Origin: Candidatus Omnitrophota bacterium
GTDB lineage: Bacteria; Omnitrophota; Gorgyraeia; Zapsychrales; Fredricksoniimonadaceae
Length of the DNA: 64,000 bases
Assembly: GCA_015232565.1 (NCBI GenBank)
Contig: JADFZK010000002.1
Location: forward strand, 57 to 64,056
Direction of reading: 5' to 3'
Positions 49,729 to 59,656 of this stretch are shown here, piece after piece. Under the pieces are notes generated by a model that was not told the origin of the DNA, did not search any database, and saw nothing but the letters and a program-made list of their open reading frames with translations. Position numbers and translations under genes: made by a program. Every line of letters begins with the position of its first letter. Positions within the stretch are counted from its first letter, which is position 1.

Positions 49729-49858
49729 AACTTAATAGTTATTCAACTCCCGTTTGATGTTGGGTTGTCCTTAAATGCACTAAATCTTATTATCACTACG
49801 GAAATGATTATTCAGGCTTCATCTTTGAATCATAACATTATTATAGCGGAGTTCTATT

Positions 49859-51853
49859 ATGACTGAGAAAACTGACAGAACGAAAACGGCGATCAGGCGG
49901 ATTGTTATTGAGAATGTCTGGCCGCAGATCGAGGCTGGAGCGGTAGCAATAAAGAGGGTCCCGGGTGAAGAGGTTCAGATAAACGCGGATATTTTTACTG
50001 ATGGCCACAATGATATCAGCGCCGAATTGCTTTTTCGGGCTAAAGGGTCATTAACCTGGCAAAGCGTACTTATGACGCCGCAAGGTAATGACCGGTGGGC
50101 CGGAGCGTTCTCCGCAGGAGCCGTGGATCAGGAATATACTTTGCGAGCCTGGATAAATCCTTTCGAGACCTGGCAAAAAGAGTTCGCCAAGCGTCATGCC
50201 GCTGGGCAGGATCTGGCCAGTCATATCTTGATCGGGAGCAAAATTCTCGAGCAATTATTAATTAATGCCCAGGCCCAAAAGATAGCCGAAGCTGATACTC
50301 TTTTACTAAAGAAATTATGTGCCGGCAAATTAACTTCGCAGTCTTTGCTGGAACCAGCACTTTGTGACCTGAGCCGCCGGATCCCCGATATGGATTCAAT
50401 TCTCGATTATGGGCGAACCCTTAAGGTCCAGGTTGATCCTCTCCAGGCGTTGTTTAGCAGTTGGTATGAGTTCTTTCCGCGTTCTTTTGGTAAACCGGGG
50501 CACCCGGGCCGTCTCCGTGACTGCCTGCCGGTGCTTAAAGAAGTAGCGCGGATGGGGTTTGATGTGGTTTATCTTCCCCCGATCCATCCGGTGGGCGTAA
50601 CTAAACGTAAAGGTAAAGATAACGCCGTAACCTGCCAGCCTGGCGATCCGGGCAGTCCGTGGGCGATAGGCAATTCTTTTGGCGGTCATAAAGCGGTTAA
50701 TCCCGAGTTGGGGACGCTGGAAGATTTTCGCTGGTTTGTTAAGGCCTCAAAGGAACTTGGCCTGGCCATAGCGCTGGATGTGGCCTACCAATGCTCGCCG
50801 GATCATCCTTATGTTACTGATCATCCGGAATGGTTCGTAAAAAGGCCTGATGGTTCCATTCAATATGCCGAAAATCCGCCCAAGAAGTACGAGGATGTGT
50901 ATCCGCTGGATTTTAATTGTGCGGACCATCTGGCTCTCTGGCAGGAGCTTAAAAGCATCATCGATTTCTGGATAAGCGAGGGCGTGAAGATATTCCGTAT
51001 TGATAATCCGCATACCAAGCCTTTTGAATTCTGGCAATGGATGCTGGCTGAAGTCCGTAATGAACATCCCGAGGTGATATTTCTGGCCGAGGCTTTTACC
51101 CGCCCTAAAGTTATGCATAAACTGGCTAAAGCCGGGTTTACCCAGTCGTACACATATTTTACCTGGCGCACCAGTAAAGATAAGCTTATGCAGTATGTTG
51201 GTCAATTGACTTCCGGTGAGTCGCGCGAAGTCTATCGTCCCAATTTCTGGCCTAATACTCCGGATATCCTGGCTGAACATTTACAAAATGCTCCGCGTTC
51301 CATGTTCGTGGCCCGTTTTGTTCTGGCCGCAACCTTGTCTTCAAATTACGGTATGTATGGCCCGGTATATGAATTATGCGAGAACCAACCGATCCCCGGC
51401 AAGGAAGAGTATCGGGATTCTGAAAAGTATGAACTGCGGCACTGGGATTGGGATCGCCCGGGTAATATTAAGGACGTGATCACTAAAGTCAATCATCTAA
51501 GAAAGACCCGGACAGAATTACAAACTACCTGGAATACCCGTTTCTGCGAATTGGAGAATCCAAAACTAATCTCTTACCTTAAATCTGTTGCCGACGGAAA
51601 AAGTCATACCTTAATAGTTGTTAACCTGGATCCGTTATTAGCGCAAACCGGTTGGGTAAAATTGCCTTTATATGACCTGAAAGTAGCCCTGGATAGCCGT
51701 TACGATGTGGTTGATCTGCTGAATAACAAAACGTATCACTGGCAGGGGGAATGGAACGAAGTTAAGCTGGACACTGCCGAGCGTCCGGTGTTGATCTTTG
51801 ATGTAGTGTTTCATAAAGCCCCAAAGTCTGGCGGGCAACATGGTCCCAGCTGA
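49859..51853 (+). CDS. glgE: alpha-1,4-glucan:maltose-1-phosphate maltosyltransferase
   Basis: WYEFFPRS, YLPPIHP, AENPPKKYED, RIDNPHTKP and FWPNTPDIL motifs. Confidence 0.95.
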   Translation: MTEKTDRTKTAIRRIVIENVWPQIEAGAVAIKRVPGEEVQINADIFTDGHNDISAELLFRAKGSLTWQSVLMTPQGNDRWAGAFSAGAVDQEYTLRAWINPFETWQKEFAKRHAAGQDLASHILIGSKILEQLLINAQAQKIAEADTLLLKKLCAGKLTSQSLLEPALCDLSRRIPDMDSILDYGRTLKVQVDPLQALFSSWYEFFPRSFGKPGHPGRLRDCLPVLKEVARMGFDVVYLPPIHPVGVTKRKGKDNAVTCQPGDPGSPWAIGNSFGGHKAVNPELGTLEDFRWFVKASKELGLAIALDVAYQCSPDHPYVTDHPEWFVKRPDGSIQYAENPPKKYEDVYPLDFNCADHLALWQELKSIIDFWISEGVKIFRIDNPHTKPFEFWQWMLAEVRNEHPEVIFLAEAFTRPKVMHKLAKAGFTQSYTYFTWRTSKDKLMQYVGQLTSGESREVYRPNFWPNTPDILAEHLQNAPRSMFVARFVLAATLSSNYGMYGPVYELCENQPIPGKEEYRDSEKYELRHWDWDRPGNIKDVITKVNHLRKTRTELQTTWNTRFCELENPKLISYLKSVADGKSHTLIVVNLDPLLAQTGWVKLPLYDLKVALDSRYDVVDLLNNKTYHWQGEWNEVKLDTAERPVLIFDVVFHKAPKSGGQHGPS

Positions 51854-52994
51854 AAAGGTTGCTGGCCCGTTCGCGGCCGGCTTTTCCCATGCGGGAACGT
51901 AAGGGCTCATCGGCCATTAAATGGTCTATAGCTTTGGCCAGATCATGCGCGAATTTTTCCGGGTTCACTGGCTCGGCCAGCAGGCTGTCTTTAAGTTCTA
52001 CCGGGACGAGAATTCCGGTAATACCGTCAGCTACCGCTTCTTTAATGCCGCCCACCGCAGTGGCTACCACCGGTGTTTCACAAGCCATCGCTTCCAGATT
52101 AATAATCCCGAAGGGCTCATAGACCGAGGGACAGCAGAATATAGCCGCCTGGGAATAGAGGGCCCGCTTGTCGGCCAAACTCACCATCTCCTGGATCCAG
52201 ATAATCCCCGGGTGCCGGGTACGCGCTTCCTGGAGTTGCTCTTCCATCTCCCGGGCGATCTCCTCGGTATCCGGAGAGCTGGCGCAAAGCACTATTTGCA
52301 TAGCGGTCTTTAGGTGTTTAATAGCGCGGATCAGATGAATGATCCCTTTCTGACGGGTGATCCGGCCTACAAATAGCAAATAGGGCTTATTGGGGTCAAT
52401 GCCAAAGCGTGCCAGTCGTTCTGGTTCTTTAACGTTATGATATTCTTCCAGGTCAATTCCGTTGGGAATAACTGTAATTTTGTCAGCTGATATCTGAAAA
52501 TGCCGCAAGATATCATTCTTGGTTTCCTGGGAAACCGCGATCACCGCATCACTGAGTTCAATTGCGGTTTTTTCCAGCCAACAGCTGTAATCGTAGCCTT
52601 TACCCAGTTGTTCCTGTTTCCAGGGGCGTAATGGTTCGAGCGAATGGACAGTAAGCACCAAGGGGATACCGTAATTTAATTTGGCAATTATGCCGCCGAG
52701 ATGGGTGTACCAGGTGTGGACATGGACCAGATCAGCGTTAATACCGCTGGTATTAAAATCCAGGCAGCGTTTAGCCGCGTCGAAGATGCGGATCAATTCT
52801 TTGGGAGCAGAATAATCCTGGCCATTGGAATAACCGCGCACTGTTAAGTTCGGCAGGCTGACGGCCTGTTCACCGAAACAGCGGACATCTACCGGGCAAT
52901 GTTCGGCGAGGGCGCGGCTGAGATATTCAACATGGACTCCGGCGCCGCCATAAATATTCGGCGGATATTCATTGGTCAGCAGGAGAATTTTCAT
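51762..52994 (-). CDS. glgM: GT4 glycogen synthase of GlgA(Coryne)/GlgM type (maltose-1-phosphate synthase-like)
   Basis: EYPPNIYGGAGVHV, HTWY, HSLEPLRPWK.EQLG.GY, VGRITRQKG and YEPFGIINLEAMAC motifs; ATG at 52994. Confidence 0.85.
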   Translation of the reverse strand: MKILLLTNEYPPNIYGGAGVHVEYLSRALAEHCPVDVRCFGEQAVSLPNLTVRGYSNGQDYSAPKELIRIFDAAKRCLDFNTSGINADLVHVHTWYTHLGGIIAKLNYGIPLVLTVHSLEPLRPWKQEQLGKGYDYSCWLEKTAIELSDAVIAVSQETKNDILRHFQISADKITVIPNGIDLEEYHNVKEPERLARFGIDPNKPYLLFVGRITRQKGIIHLIRAIKHLKTAMQIVLCASSPDTEEIAREMEEQLQEARTRHPGIIWIQEMVSLADKRALYSQAAIFCCPSVYEPFGIINLEAMACETPVVATAVGGIKEAVADGITGILVPVELKDSLLAEPVNPEKFAHDLAKAIDHLMADEPLRSRMGKAGRERASNLFSWDHVARQTLGLYETLHQRSTPDARQCPA

Positions 52995-53095
52995 GTGCGG
53001 ATTATAGCATGAGTCGTTATAATACATAATATTTTTACACTCATTTATTTTGTATGTTATTGCAATAAAAACCCCATGTATATTTCGGAGGAAGT

Positions 53096-53881
53096 ATGAG
53101 TTTTCGACGTTTAGCAGAGATTGTTATTGGTATATTGGCGTTTTCTTTCATTTTGATCCAGCCGCAAAGCCAGGCGGATAAGATAGCTGAACCTCGCTTT
53201 AATAATGTGTATCCTCAAATGGCTAAAGATCGCTTTAGTCGTTTATATCCCAGGAAAGCGGCACGGACATACCGGGAGAACGGTCCCGATGAATGGATAA
53301 CTTTTAGCGAACCATTTATAGGCCCGGCAGTACACACAATAACTTTTCACCTTCAGCAAGGCCGGGTCCTGGGGTGGGCGTTGGATGACCGTTCGGAAGT
53401 TGTCCTGGAATATCTTGGGGAGTTTTGTTCCCAAGGCATCCTTAATGGAATGCCCAAGATCCACGAGGCCTTAACTGACGTCTTTATGAGGATCCCGCAG
53501 GCAGATTTCCTGCAAGTTACCGACCGCCATCGGCCGGTGCTGATAACCGAATATTATGATGCCGGCACTGCCCGCTTTGCCAATACTTCCGAGATCATTG
53601 CCTCTGATACCGACGCTTTGGCCGGGGACAAAGGTCTGACCATAATTAAATTAAGTTCGGCTTTGAACGATGCGGATTCAGCCGAACCAATAAAAGGTGT
53701 TCTGGCTCATGAGTTGGCGCACCGGATCCTGGCGCATGCTTTAAAAGGCAAAGTCACCTGTCAGGATGAGCGCCAGGCCAACCAGTTGATCCGTAAATGG
53801 GGTTTTACGTCCGAGTATAAAGCGGCTGTGCGACTCTTCGGGCGTAAAGAAGGCGACCCGGTATCCTGCAGGGAAGAGTAA
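53096..53881 (+). CDS. exported hypothetical protein with HExxH zinc-peptidase motif
   Basis: N-terminal signal/TM; GVLAHELAH and downstream ERQAN. Confidence 0.6.
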   Translation: MSFRRLAEIVIGILAFSFILIQPQSQADKIAEPRFNNVYPQMAKDRFSRLYPRKAARTYRENGPDEWITFSEPFIGPAVHTITFHLQQGRVLGWALDDRSEVVLEYLGEFCSQGILNGMPKIHEALTDVFMRIPQADFLQVTDRHRPVLITEYYDAGTARFANTSEIIASDTDALAGDKGLTIIKLSSALNDADSAEPIKGVLAHELAHRILAHALKGKVTCQDERQANQLIRKWGFTSEYKAAVRLFGRKEGDPVSCREE

Positions 53882-53898
53882 AGGCCGGCCGCGCGGAC

Positions 53899-54552
53899 TC
53901 AGAAGTAATTCATTTGCAGTGCCTGGCTGCAGGCCGGATGCCCCGGGTTTTGCAGGCAGAACTGGCTTAAGGCCTGGTAACCGCGGGTTTTGTTGAAGGT
54001 GTCGATCAGTTTAATTGACGGGTTATTGGCTTTGGTCTGGGATGAAGAGCGGCAGAGCACCTGTAAATAAGTTTTCGAATTCAGTATCACCATTACGGTG
54101 AGGCGCATGTCCAGGGACGCGGCGCCATTGAACGCTTCGGCCGCTTTGGCAAAATCTTTTTCGTTGAAATAATACACTCCGCGATTATATTGCGACCAGA
54201 AGAAAACCGGCACCAGTTCTACTGACTTCTCTATCGCCTGGATAGCATTCTTTTTATCACCGTAAAGATACAGGTAATAGCCCAGCATATGCCAGGCATG
54301 GCCCTTTTCTCCGGGGAAAGTTTCAACACAGCGGTTGTAATAATAGATGCCGGTCTCCAGTTGTTCTTTGGAGGGAGTTGAGTTAAAGCCCACCGTAGTG
54401 GAATAATCGTAAGCGGGTGCCAGATGGTCTACGGCCAGGATATATGTTGCCGAGAAAATATCTTTATAACTGCCTATCAGGCATAAAACAATTATGATCA
54501 GCAAGTAAGCCAGCCACACTCTTTGGCTGAGGTCTTTGATTATATGGTTCAT
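53899..54552 (-). CDS. membrane-anchored TPR protein
   Basis: N-terminal TM; TPR-like AWHMLG and YNRGVYY..AAEAF. Confidence 0.7.
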   Translation of the reverse strand: MNHIIKDLSQRVWLAYLLIIIVLCLIGSYKDIFSATYILAVDHLAPAYDYSTTVGFNSTPSKEQLETGIYYYNRCVETFPGEKGHAWHMLGYYLYLYGDKKNAIQAIEKSVELVPVFFWSQYNRGVYYFNEKDFAKAAEAFNGAASLDMRLTVMVILNSKTYLQVLCRSSSQTKANNPSIKLIDTFNKTRGYQALSQFCLQNPGHPACSQALQMNYF

Positions 54553-56708
54553 AACTGGCCTTTTCTGCGGTCGCGCACCATGACCACCAATATCCCGACG
54601 AACAAGGCGTTAAATATCAGCCAGATGAAAACATTGAACCAGTACCACAAGGGTGTGCCGAAGCGAAATTCCACCAGGGCTTTTCCGGCCGGCACCCAGA
54701 GGCCTTTAAAGCCGATATTGGCTCGTATTAACCGGGTCTCTTTGCCATTGATAAAAGCATGCCATTGAGGATGATAAGCATCATTAAAGACCATGAATTT
54801 ATCATTTGGCAGGTTGGTGGCAAAAGCAAAATAATTTGTGTTTTGAGTTTTAATAGTCACCCGGTCATTATGCGTGCCGTTGTCACGCAAAGGATGCGCT
54901 AAAGGAGTAGCGTTATTGCTTAAGCGTTCTAATTTGGCGTCGGCAGGGACGAAAGCCAGATTTTCATCGTTGAGAAAAGCTATTTCCATTCGACGTAAGC
55001 CATAGCGGTCATACTGCAACGGTTTGACCCGGTCGTAAAAAACTAAAGTATTACGAATGTAGTTCGTAATTGCCGGGCCGGATATATTATTGGCCAGCTC
55101 GGACCAGGCATTGGAGGCGTAATAATCATCGGGAAGTCTTTTGGGTACTTTGGCCAGGTTTACCACTACGTTTTCAGGCTGGAGGCCAAGTGTGCTGGTT
55201 TCCTGGGGATAACCGGCAGTGCAAGCCAAATTCTTTTCGGATAAGTGTAGGAAAATATTTAATGATTGTGGTATGACCAGCAAACATAAAGCCCCGCAAA
55301 CCGCCCATTCAACTGCCGGAGAGCCAACTAACAAGCGCCATATAAATAAGCCAGAGGTGCCAATGGTGAAAGTGGCTACAAAGCCCAGATCACCGCGCAC
55401 CAGCAGGAAGACCGCTAATAACATATGGAGAACGATATTGATAACGCAGAGGGTTTGTTTCTTGTATGAGCCCCAGGTTTTGTCTTGATTTAGCAGTTGA
55501 TATAAGAACTCGCTGAATATCAGGACAAATAATGGGAATACTGCGAACCAAAGGAAGAAATGCAGGTTGCGAAAATATTTAAAAAAGAACAAATGTTCGG
55601 CGAAGAACGTATATACCGGAGTACGCGGACTGCCGATAAGCAGGAAGAGCAGGGTAGTAAGAAGGAAAAAAGTGATCCGCTTGTTAATGCGGCCAAATGA
55701 TCCCCACAGGATCAGGACTAAAGACACCAAGGGAAAGAAAACTATCCCCAGGTTAAAACGTTTAACGGAGGTAAAAAAAGACGAGTAAATTAATTCTTCA
55801 AAAGCGCCCCATTTCAGGTATCCGGGATCAACTTTAAGTATATGATCGGTCGCGGCTGGTAGCGCTGAGAGTGCTGGTTGAGCGCCATGCCGCAATGGCA
55901 AGGCGATATTGCCGTAGGAATTGAAATAGAGCGCGGCAGAGGGAACGAGCGTGATCACAAAGAGCGTCAACATGGCCAGGCAGAAAAGCGGATGCAAACA
56001 AAAGAATTTCGCCAGACGTTTAAAGATTGGTAAAATATCGCTCCAGAACACCACGGAAAAACAAAAGGCCACTAACATAAAGGTCATTATAAAATAGAAC
56101 GGTACATAGGTATTGCACAAGATCATGGCGCAAAGTATACAGCCAGCGAACCATAGTTTCCTGGGGGCGATTAAAAAGGCGGTCAGAAAGTAAAAAAACC
56201 ATATAAGCGGTACCGACATCAGGCATAGAAAACTATCGAAGATGCGGATTCCCAGGGACGAAAAAAGCAGTAGAATGAATCCGCCAAAGGCCACCCGGCG
56301 GTCGTGGTAGATCTTTTTTAATAAAAGGTAGAAACCGATCATGCCGAGAAAATAGTAAAGAGACAAGGTTAGCAGGTAAGCGACCGGGAAACTGAAAACT
56401 TTGGTCGCGTAAACTGAAGTCATGAAGGTATACAGCGGATTGTAAGCGCCCATGCGCTGGGTAAAGAAATCAAAAGGGACGCCATGACCATAGTAGGATA
56501 GCCAAAGCGGCCAGACACCTCTTTTAAGGTTACTGACCAGGTCAAGGGAACTCATTATGTAGGCAATGGCGTCAGAAGTGGAGTAGGCTTTGGTGGATAT
56601 AAAATCCCGGAAAGCCACCAGCCAGGCCGCAAAAGAAAAAATGATCCAGCCGGAAACGGGGATCCTGGAGAGGAAGTTTGTTAATATGGTCTTGCAGTGA
56701 GTAAGCAT
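54549..56708 (-). CDS. YfhO-like polytopic membrane (GT-C) glycosyltransferase
   Basis: GVWPLW...GVPF, many TMs and C-terminal YHPQWHAFING...RAN..FKGLWVPAG..VEFRF. Confidence 0.7.
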   Translation of the reverse strand: MLTHCKTILTNFLSRIPVSGWIIFSFAAWLVAFRDFISTKAYSTSDAIAYIMSSLDLVSNLKRGVWPLWLSYYGHGVPFDFFTQRMGAYNPLYTFMTSVYATKVFSFPVAYLLTLSLYYFLGMIGFYLLLKKIYHDRRVAFGGFILLLFSSLGIRIFDSFLCLMSVPLIWFFYFLTAFLIAPRKLWFAGCILCAMILCNTYVPFYFIMTFMLVAFCFSVVFWSDILPIFKRLAKFFCLHPLFCLAMLTLFVITLVPSAALYFNSYGNIALPLRHGAQPALSALPAATDHILKVDPGYLKWGAFEELIYSSFFTSVKRFNLGIVFFPLVSLVLILWGSFGRINKRITFFLLTTLLFLLIGSPRTPVYTFFAEHLFFFKYFRNLHFFLWFAVFPLFVLIFSEFLYQLLNQDKTWGSYKKQTLCVINIVLHMLLAVFLLVRGDLGFVATFTIGTSGLFIWRLLVGSPAVEWAVCGALCLLVIPQSLNIFLHLSEKNLACTAGYPQETSTLGLQPENVVVNLAKVPKRLPDDYYASNAWSELANNISGPAITNYIRNTLVFYDRVKPLQYDRYGLRRMEIAFLNDENLAFVPADAKLERLSNNATPLAHPLRDNGTHNDRVTIKTQNTNYFAFATNLPNDKFMVFNDAYHPQWHAFINGKETRLIRANIGFKGLWVPAGKALVEFRFGTPLWYWFNVFIWLIFNALFVGILVVMVRDRRKGQL

Positions 56709-56845
56709 GCTTGCTTTTCGATTATATATATTCCCCTGACGAATCAAATAAAATTTTTCTTATTTATTGCTTTGGCCGGAATGCTGTACAATTGCCTGAC
56801 CTTTTTAATCAAAATATTTTTATCATTAACAAACGGAATTAAATT

Positions 56846-57934
56846 ATGAATATAGTTCTCGCTTTTATTTTCTGTTTATTAATATGTCCGGTTATAGCCC
56901 GGGCCGAGACGCTTACCCAGCGCAGTCTTTTTGTAACTGTGATCCAGGAGCCTCCGGTGCTGTCCAGCCGTGAGCAAATGACCGCCTTGGTTAATTACGC
57001 CCGTCTGGCGAGGATCCACACCCTTTTCGTTCAGGTTTACCGCGCCGATCAGGCCTGGTTCCCGTCCACTGTTGGCGACCAGGCTCCGTATAATGCGGCC
57101 TTAAAAGCAGTCGGCGAGGATCCGTTGGCTCTATTAATTGACCTGGCCCATAAACAAGGGCTGGAAGTTCACGCCTGGGTTAACCTGCTTAGTTTGAGCA
57201 AAAACATCAATGCTCCGTTGTTAAAAAAGTACGGCGCCGGAATACTGACCCGGAATGTAAATAAGAAAAAGGTGCTGGCCGATTACAAGATCGACGATCA
57301 ATTTTTTCTGGAACCGGGCGACCTGCGTGTGCGGGCGGAATTGTTGACCATGGTAGAAGAGTTGCTGGGCGCTTATCCCAAGCTTGACGGGCTTCAGTTT
57401 GACTATATCCGTTATCCTGACTCACAACCTCATTATGGGTACACGCCAATGAACCGCGAGCGCTTTCTGCAAGCTAGCGGACTGAAGCAGATCGACGATA
57501 ATAGCCTGGCCTGGAAAGACTGGAAACGCGCCCAGGTAACGGCTTTATTGACCGGCCTGGTAAAACGGGCCCGCTCTTTGCATCCGGGGCTTAAAGTTTC
57601 TACCACCGGATGCGCGCCTGCCGTGCGCGCGCTGGAAGAAGCTTTTCAGGATTGGCCTGCCTGGGTGAACAGCGGCCTGATCGATTTTGTGACTGTGATG
57701 ACCTATGCCCAGGATACGGCCGAATTTAATAAAATGATCGCCGATGCCCGCGCTCGGGTAAGTGACCCGGCAAAAATGAATATTGCAGTGGGTGCCTACC
57801 AACAGCTAAAGTCTCCCGAAGTTTTCGACCAGCAGTTGGCGCTATGTCAAAAAGAGGTTCAAGCCTCCTGTGTGATCTTTCATTACGGCAACCTGTTGGA
57901 ATCCCCGGTCATGAAGGACGGCCTCTTGAAATGA
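56846..57934 (+). CDS. exported GHL10/DUF187-family glycoside hydrolase-like protein
   Basis: LFVQV, DPL...AH..GLEVHAW, DGLQFDYIRYP and QDW..W...G.IDF motifs. Confidence 0.85.
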   Translation: MNIVLAFIFCLLICPVIARAETLTQRSLFVTVIQEPPVLSSREQMTALVNYARLARIHTLFVQVYRADQAWFPSTVGDQAPYNAALKAVGEDPLALLIDLAHKQGLEVHAWVNLLSLSKNINAPLLKKYGAGILTRNVNKKKVLADYKIDDQFFLEPGDLRVRAELLTMVEELLGAYPKLDGLQFDYIRYPDSQPHYGYTPMNRERFLQASGLKQIDDNSLAWKDWKRAQVTALLTGLVKRARSLHPGLKVSTTGCAPAVRALEEAFQDWPAWVNSGLIDFVTVMTYAQDTAEFNKMIADARARVSDPAKMNIAVGAYQQLKSPEVFDQQLALCQKEVQASCVIFHYGNLLESPVMKDGLLK

Positions 57935-59355
57935 GCTCTTTACCCAAAGAACACCCCAAGGGTAGTATTAAGGAAATGGCAGTAATCGCTTTGCCCATGG
58001 TCGTGTCTTGCGGTTGTGACACGGTGATGATCTTTACCGATCGCCTTTTTCTTTCCAAACTGGGGCCGGAACAGATGAATGCGGCGATGGGCGGGGGGCT
58101 CACCGTATTTATGATGATGTCTTTCTTTATCGGGATCATCGGTTACGCCACTGCTCTGGTAGCCCAGTATCTGGGCGCTGGCCGCCGGGAAAAATGCGCA
58201 GTGGTCCTGGCGCAGGCTTTATTACTGGCCTTGCTCGCCTATGTGCCCATACTCTTTTGTCGTCCTTTGGCGCACGCACTTTTTTCTTTTATGGGGGTTT
58301 CAAGTGCGCAAATGACTCCCCAGAAACTATATTTTGATATTTTACTGCTGGGGACGATCATAAGCTTGGAGAGAGTTTGTCTGGCCTCATTCTTCTCCGG
58401 CATCGGCCGCACCGGCATTGTTATGACGGCTTCCTGCACGGCGATGTTCATTAATCTGGTTTTAAACTATATCCTGATCTACGGCAAATGCGGCTTTCCT
58501 GCTTTGGGTATCGCCGGTTCGGCTTATGGGACTATCCTGGGTGGTTTAAGCGGTTTGCTGGTGCTGGCGGGGGGCCTTTTTACTAAAAAGAATATCGTCG
58601 AGTTCGGCCTGAAGACCGCCTTTCGCTTCGATCGGGATGTAATGTCCCGGCTATTACGTTTCGGCACCCCTACCGGCCTGGAAATGTTTTTGAATATAAT
58701 GGCCTTTAATGCCATGGTACTGATCTTTCATTCGCGTGGTTTGGTAACCGCTACGGCCGCAACGATTGTTCTCAACTGGGATCTGGTTTCCTTTGTGCCT
58801 TTGATCGGGATCGAAGTAGGCGTCATAAGCCTGGTCGGGCGTTACATGGGTGCCGGAGATCCGGATAACGCTCATCGGGCGACTATGGCGGGTTTCAAGA
58901 TCGGGTTGATGTACTCCGCGGTCATTCTGGTCTTGTTTTTTTGTTTCCCGGCCTATCTGGTGAAGATCTTTCAACCGGCCGCTTCCGGTGAAGTTTTCGC
59001 GGCGGCCGCACCCCTGGCCATAGATATGGTCCGCCTGGCTTCTATATATGTACTGGTAGAAGCGATGTTCGTAGTTTTTATTGGCGCCTTACGTGGCGCG
59101 GGTGACACGTTTTGGGCGATGGCCATATCGGTGTCTTTGCACTGGATAATGGTGGGTATTCTTTTTGTATTACTGCGTGTTATGGGTGTTTCACCGCTGG
59201 TTGGTTGGTCGGCGGTGGTTTTCTTGTTCTTTGTTTTTTCTTTTATTGCTTTTTTCCGTTATCACTCCGGTAAGTGGCGTAAAATTAAAGTTGTCGATTG
59301 TCCATCGACGGTAATTTCTCCTGACGGATTGAATGAACCTCCGGCGTTAAGTTAA
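57931..59355 (+). CDS. MATE family efflux transporter
   Basis: about 12 TMs; VAQYLGA, FPALGIAGSA and GALRGAGDT motifs; ATG overlaps the upstream stop. Confidence 0.9.
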   Translation: MSSLPKEHPKGSIKEMAVIALPMVVSCGCDTVMIFTDRLFLSKLGPEQMNAAMGGGLTVFMMMSFFIGIIGYATALVAQYLGAGRREKCAVVLAQALLLALLAYVPILFCRPLAHALFSFMGVSSAQMTPQKLYFDILLLGTIISLERVCLASFFSGIGRTGIVMTASCTAMFINLVLNYILIYGKCGFPALGIAGSAYGTILGGLSGLLVLAGGLFTKKNIVEFGLKTAFRFDRDVMSRLLRFGTPTGLEMFLNIMAFNAMVLIFHSRGLVTATAATIVLNWDLVSFVPLIGIEVGVISLVGRYMGAGDPDNAHRATMAGFKIGLMYSAVILVLFFCFPAYLVKIFQPAASGEVFAAAAPLAIDMVRLASIYVLVEAMFVVFIGALRGAGDTFWAMAISVSLHWIMVGILFVLLRVMGVSPLVGWSAVVFLFFVFSFIAFFRYHSGKWRKIKVVDCPSTVISPDGLNEPPALS

Positions 59356-59488
59356 GGTTTGTAAAAAAAGTTGCGGTTTCTTTAAAATCGCCCTTGTTTT
59401 TTTTAAAATTGCGTATATACTTAAGTTATCGATCGTACCACGCGAGAGCTTTTGGTGCGAATTGGGCCGAGCAGGCCCAAGACAACAA

Positions 59489-59573
59489 CGGGCGATGAAG
59501 CCCGAAAAAGTTTCAAAGACAAAGGCGTCTTTAAGTCATCATAGCTGATGAGTTAAAGGCGCTTTATCTTTTT
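59489..59573 (+). promoter_or_regulatory. ANTAR-type dual-hairpin antiterminator leader of amtB-glnK
   Basis: P1 CGGGC-GATGAA-GCCCG (59489-59504); P2 AAAGAC-AAAGGC-GTCTTT (59515-59532) overlapping a terminator stem 59522-59565 followed by a U-tract. Confidence 0.75.
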
Positions 59574-59656
59574 AAAGGATTATCTGGCAGCGCAGTCAGG
59601 GTTTGTGATAAAAGGACAAGCAGTTTCTGGCAGATCAACTTTTGAGAGGAGCTTAT

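Noticed and set aside
59430-59520. Glutamine (glnA) riboswitch or tRNA upstream of amtB
   Set aside because: Lacks the CGTTCA...GGAAG...GAAGGAACG core and any cloverleaf/TTCGA arm; the ANTAR interpretation fits better
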